Virus record (IMG/VR): IMGVR_UViG_3300027896_000022
Coordinates: 1 to 17,953 of that record
DNA from: a virus
Lineage: Duplodnaviria; Heunggongvirae; Uroviricota; Caudoviricetes
Strand: one strand, 5' to 3'
DNA: 17,953 nt
Both the position numbers and the translations under genes were made by a program. The notes beneath the pieces are model-generated. The model saw nothing but the letters and a program-made list of their open reading frames with translations, searched no databases and had not been told where the DNA came from. Within the stretch, counting starts at the first letter, position 1. Each line of letters starts with the position of its first letter. Positions 15,071 through 17,953 of this stretch are shown in pieces.

Positions 15071-17953
15071 ATGGCTATAAAATACGCTGAAAATACCACT
15101 TACGGACAACCGCAAACGGCTACTTCATCTATTAATATGCCTGCTTTAATTGCGGCAGCTAAAGCCAGAGGGGCACAAACATCTCAAATACCTACAACTG
15201 CACCTACAACTGCACCTACAACACCAGCACCTCTTACGACTACTTATCCATCTTTGGCTAATTCTTTTTTAGCAAATTATAAACCGGCGGCTCCTTCGGC
15301 GCCTTTTGTGTTTAAATTAGCAAACGTTGGGCCAACAACTACACTTACTCCAGAGCAGCAACAAGCTGCAATCTTGCCATATGTTAATACTGGAATAGCT
15401 GTCAGTGATTATGCCGGCCAAGCAGTCCCTTCAGGAACAACTTTAGGACAATATCAGACAGTTACAGGAAAACCGTATAGTGAAATTACCGAACCAAGCA
15501 CTAAACCATATCTTGAAGCGGGTAAATATCTTGCACCATCTGAAGTCACGCCTGATGCTGTCTTCAAAACTCTCATGGTTCCTGGGATTACTCCCACGGA
15601 AGGTGGCCAATACTTGATGGAACCTAGCAAGCCTGGAGCAGGAATTGCTACTACCAGGGCCCCATTAAATTACAATGAAAATGCACTTATTCGTCAAGGA
15701 TTAGATCCGTCCCTATTTCAAATTGATCATATTATTCCTCTTTGGGTTGGAGGTGCAGACGACATGTCCAATAAGGAAATTTTGGATAATTATACTCATA
15801 ACATAAAATCAAAAGTTCAGGCTGTCCCCTATACTTTAATGGCTAATGGCTTAATTAGCCAAAGAGAAGCTTTAGCAATGGCCTCTGAATGGAAAACTAA
15901 AGCAAGCACATGGGGAACTGATAATATTCCAGAACCTGCAACAAGTGGACTTCTTGATGTCAAGGTAGCTCAAAATATAGCTAAGGAATGGACTAAAGCC
16001 CCAGCTGTTACTTGGAAATCATTTTTGCAAAGTCTTCCTGAGGCCGGACAACAGATTTATGGTGTTGCCGCCAATGTAGCACAAACACTTTTGCCTAAAA
16101 GTGCTAATACTGCAGCCCCAAGAGAATTTATTAAAGGTTTTGCCAGTGCTATTCCAACCTATGATTTAGCCATGCCGGAATTAGCTAAAACTGCTGATTA
16201 TGGCGACAAAACAGCTAATGTTGCTGGTAATATTTCTCATGTTCTTGGTGCAATTACTGGCAATGTAGTTACATTTAGTTGGACATACAAATTAGCTTTA
16301 CAGGCCTTATCTAAAGTTGGTATTAAATGGGCTGCTAAAGAATTAACAGGAGAAGCTTTAAAAACCGCAGGAACGGCATTAGCCGAAACAGCAGGTAAAG
16401 ATTTGTTAAAACAAACTCCTGCAGAGATTTTAGGTGCTGCGGCAAAGACAAGAGCTATAACAGCCCCGGCAGAAAGTGTATTTACAGGATTTGTTCAAGA
16501 ACCTATTACAGCTGCCAAACAAGCATTGGCAGCAAAAACTGGAACTGAGGTAGCGGGAGCTATCGGAAAAACTGGTTTTAAAACAGCTATTAAAGGTATT
16601 GCTCCTAAAATTGGATTAGCTAATGTTGCTGCCGCTACTCTTCCTAAAGCTGCTTTACAAGGAGTTATATTTAGTGGCTATAGACAGTTGCAGCAAATGC
16701 CAGTAGAAGAAAGAGCAAAAAAAGCCGCTCTTGATTTTGCTTATGGTTTAGTTGGTATAGGAAAAACTGGATATAACGTAGGAGGTTATGCAAAAATTGC
16801 GGCTCCAGCTTTTGCCATTTCTTTAATGGAAGGTCTTTCTTTTAATAATTCCTTTGCCAACGCCATGTCTTCTGCCTTAATTAATACGGGCACGATGCTT
16901 GGGATGCATGGAATGGGTAATATAGGATATGCAACTGCAATTGCTGGTGAAAAGCCAGGAGGAATATTAACTTATCAAGAACCTTCTGCGGCAGGAGTTA
17001 AAGGTATTGCTAAGGCTCAAGAAGAAGCTCATGTAAATGCGGCAGCTGTTGTTGCCAATAAATATCGGCAAGATCTTTATAGTCATGTTCAGACAGATTT
17101 AAAAACAGGTGCTTTTAAACCTGAACAAGTTAGGCCAGAATATCAACAGCATTTAACTTATGAGAATACGACTGATCCAAAAACATTGCAGGCTCAAAAC
17201 AATCTTTTAGATTCATATATCCGTTGGAAAGGGCACATGGAAGGTTGGACTCCTGATTATACCGCTCTGCAAAGAGCAAAACTTTTAGTTAGCGGCAAAG
17301 CTTTAGTGCATTTTGATATGTCTCCTCTTGCCAGAAAAAAAGCTCAATTGAATGATTGGCAATCTATTGCTCAAAAATTTATTAGAGACAAAAATCCTGA
17401 TCAACCTACTGTCCCGACAAGAGTTAAGAATTTAGCTGCTAATACCATTCTTCGAAATGGCCATGAAGAACCACCTACAGTTGAAGATACTTATCCGCTT
17501 TCTACTTCTGGCAAATTACAAGAAGAATTTATTGGTACGGGAAATAATAAAACGGTAGAAAATCAAAAAATTGTTCATAACGTTATTGATGGCGTTGATA
17601 AATATATTAAAGAAGGAGATGTTGAAGGAACCATCCCTGGAACCAAATTGCCTAATGGTCGTTATTTAGTTAATGGGTTTGCCAGTCATGAACCTGATTC
17701 GGGAAGTTATCATGTAAATGAAGGTGTTAATCCGGAAAATGCTGTTAGGATTTATGTTCCAGATTCAACACATGGCTTATCTCCTATTGGTTACATTGCT
17801 TCTGAAGGACGGATTGGAAATCCGGAAGGTTTATCGTATGAAAATAGTTTTAATGCCAATTTGGCAAAAGCATCAGGAAAGGATTTAAGTAAAATGTCAA
17901 AACAAGACATGATTAATGCCAGAATGAATAATCCTGATGTTAATAATAATCTT
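15071..17953 (+). CDS. 3'-truncated giant putative ejection/polyvalent protein (>=961 aa) with an HNH motif and a HIRAN-like motif
   Basis: ATG15071 (after GATTAATAT) begins MAIKYAENTTYGQPQ... and the frame is open to the window end (2883 nt = 961 codons). It contains IDHIIPLWVGGADDMSN...H (15722-15799). Absent from the ORF track, presumably because no stop lies in the window. Confidence 0.9.
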   Translation, partial: MAIKYAENTTYGQPQTATSSINMPALIAAAKARGAQTSQIPTTAPTTAPTTPAPLTTTYPSLANSFLANYKPAAPSAPFVFKLANVGPTTTLTPEQQQAAILPYVNTGIAVSDYAGQAVPSGTTLGQYQTVTGKPYSEITEPSTKPYLEAGKYLAPSEVTPDAVFKTLMVPGITPTEGGQYLMEPSKPGAGIATTRAPLNYNENALIRQGLDPSLFQIDHIIPLWVGGADDMSNKEILDNYTHNIKSKVQAVPYTLMANGLISQREALAMASEWKTKASTWGTDNIPEPATSGLLDVKVAQNIAKEWTKAPAVTWKSFLQSLPEAGQQIYGVAANVAQTLLPKSANTAAPREFIKGFASAIPTYDLAMPELAKTADYGDKTANVAGNISHVLGAITGNVVTFSWTYKLALQALSKVGIKWAAKELTGEALKTAGTALAETAGKDLLKQTPAEILGAAAKTRAITAPAESVFTGFVQEPITAAKQALAAKTGTEVAGAIGKTGFKTAIKGIAPKIGLANVAAATLPKAALQGVIFSGYRQLQQMPVEERAKKAALDFAYGLVGIGKTGYNVGGYAKIAAPAFAISLMEGLSFNNSFANAMSSALINTGTMLGMHGMGNIGYATAIAGEKPGGILTYQEPSAAGVKGIAKAQEEAHVNAAAVVANKYRQDLYSHVQTDLKTGAFKPEQVRPEYQQHLTYENTTDPKTLQAQNNLLDSYIRWKGHMEGWTPDYTALQRAKLLVSGKALVHFDMSPLARKKAQLNDWQSIAQKFIRDKNPDQPTVPTRVKNLAANTILRNGHEEPPTVEDTYPLSTSGKLQEEFIGTGNNKTVENQKIVHNVIDGVDKYIKEGDVEGTIPGTKLPNGRYLVNGFASHEPDSGSYHVNEGVNPENAVRIYVPDSTHGLSPIGYIASEGRIGNPEGLSYENSFNANLAKASGKDLSKMSKQDMINARMNNPDVNNNL
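15191..15222 (+). repeat. 12-bp tandem repeat CCTACAACTGCA x2.7 (PTTA linker)
   Basis: Read directly; encodes PTTAPTTAPTT. Confidence 0.85.

Larger units (their letters stand above)
1..17953 (+). mobile_element. Tailed phage (or prophage) structural and lysis region, podovirus-like organisation
   Basis: Co-oriented, tightly packed ORFs (mostly 4-30 nt gaps, one ATGA overlap). Fibre-like, holin-like, adaptor-like and nozzle-like genes are followed by large low-complexity proteins and an M23 peptidase. No housekeeping genes. The window cannot distinguish free phage from prophage. Confidence 0.9.

Noticed and set aside
14727-15100. Read-through fusion of the 111-aa ORF into the giant ORF
   Set aside because: The frames differ, read-through would hit TAA within a few codons, no slippery site is evident, and ATG15071 has a typical start context.
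15071-17953. Virion RNA polymerase (N4- or crAss-like) identity for the giant ORF
   Set aside because: No polymerase catalytic motif was recognised in the 961 codons visible. It cannot be excluded for the missing downstream part.

Overview
An AT-rich, gene-dense segment with every supported gene on the + strand, read as the virion and lysis region of a tailed dsDNA phage (or prophage) with podovirus-like architecture. Gene order: 5'-truncated Gly-Tyr-Thr collagen-like fibre; glycine-rich tail protein; cluster of small membrane proteins plus a papain-like (C1-type) Cys peptidase (candidate lysis cassette with no canonical endolysin); sigma70-type promoter; small acidic protein; adaptor-like protein with stacked inserted modules; nozzle/DNA-stabilization-like protein; fibre/spike; small ORF; then a cluster of large low-complexity putative ejection proteins with an embedded M23 peptidase. 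The ORF track missed the true frame of the first gene (+3, <1..626), three small ORFs (1673-1837, 2141-2233, 8729-8902) and a 3'-truncated ORF of at least 961 codons (15071..>17953). That last ORF carries an HNH nuclease motif, a long Ala/Gly-rich membrane-like segment and a HIRAN-like motif. Starts lack Shine-Dalgarno motifs, but there is a perfect extended TGnTATAAT promoter, which suggests a Patescibacteria (CPR)-type host (inference). No tRNA, rRNA, CRISPR array, integrase or transposase was recognised. All family assignments come from motif recognition by eye, not database searches.
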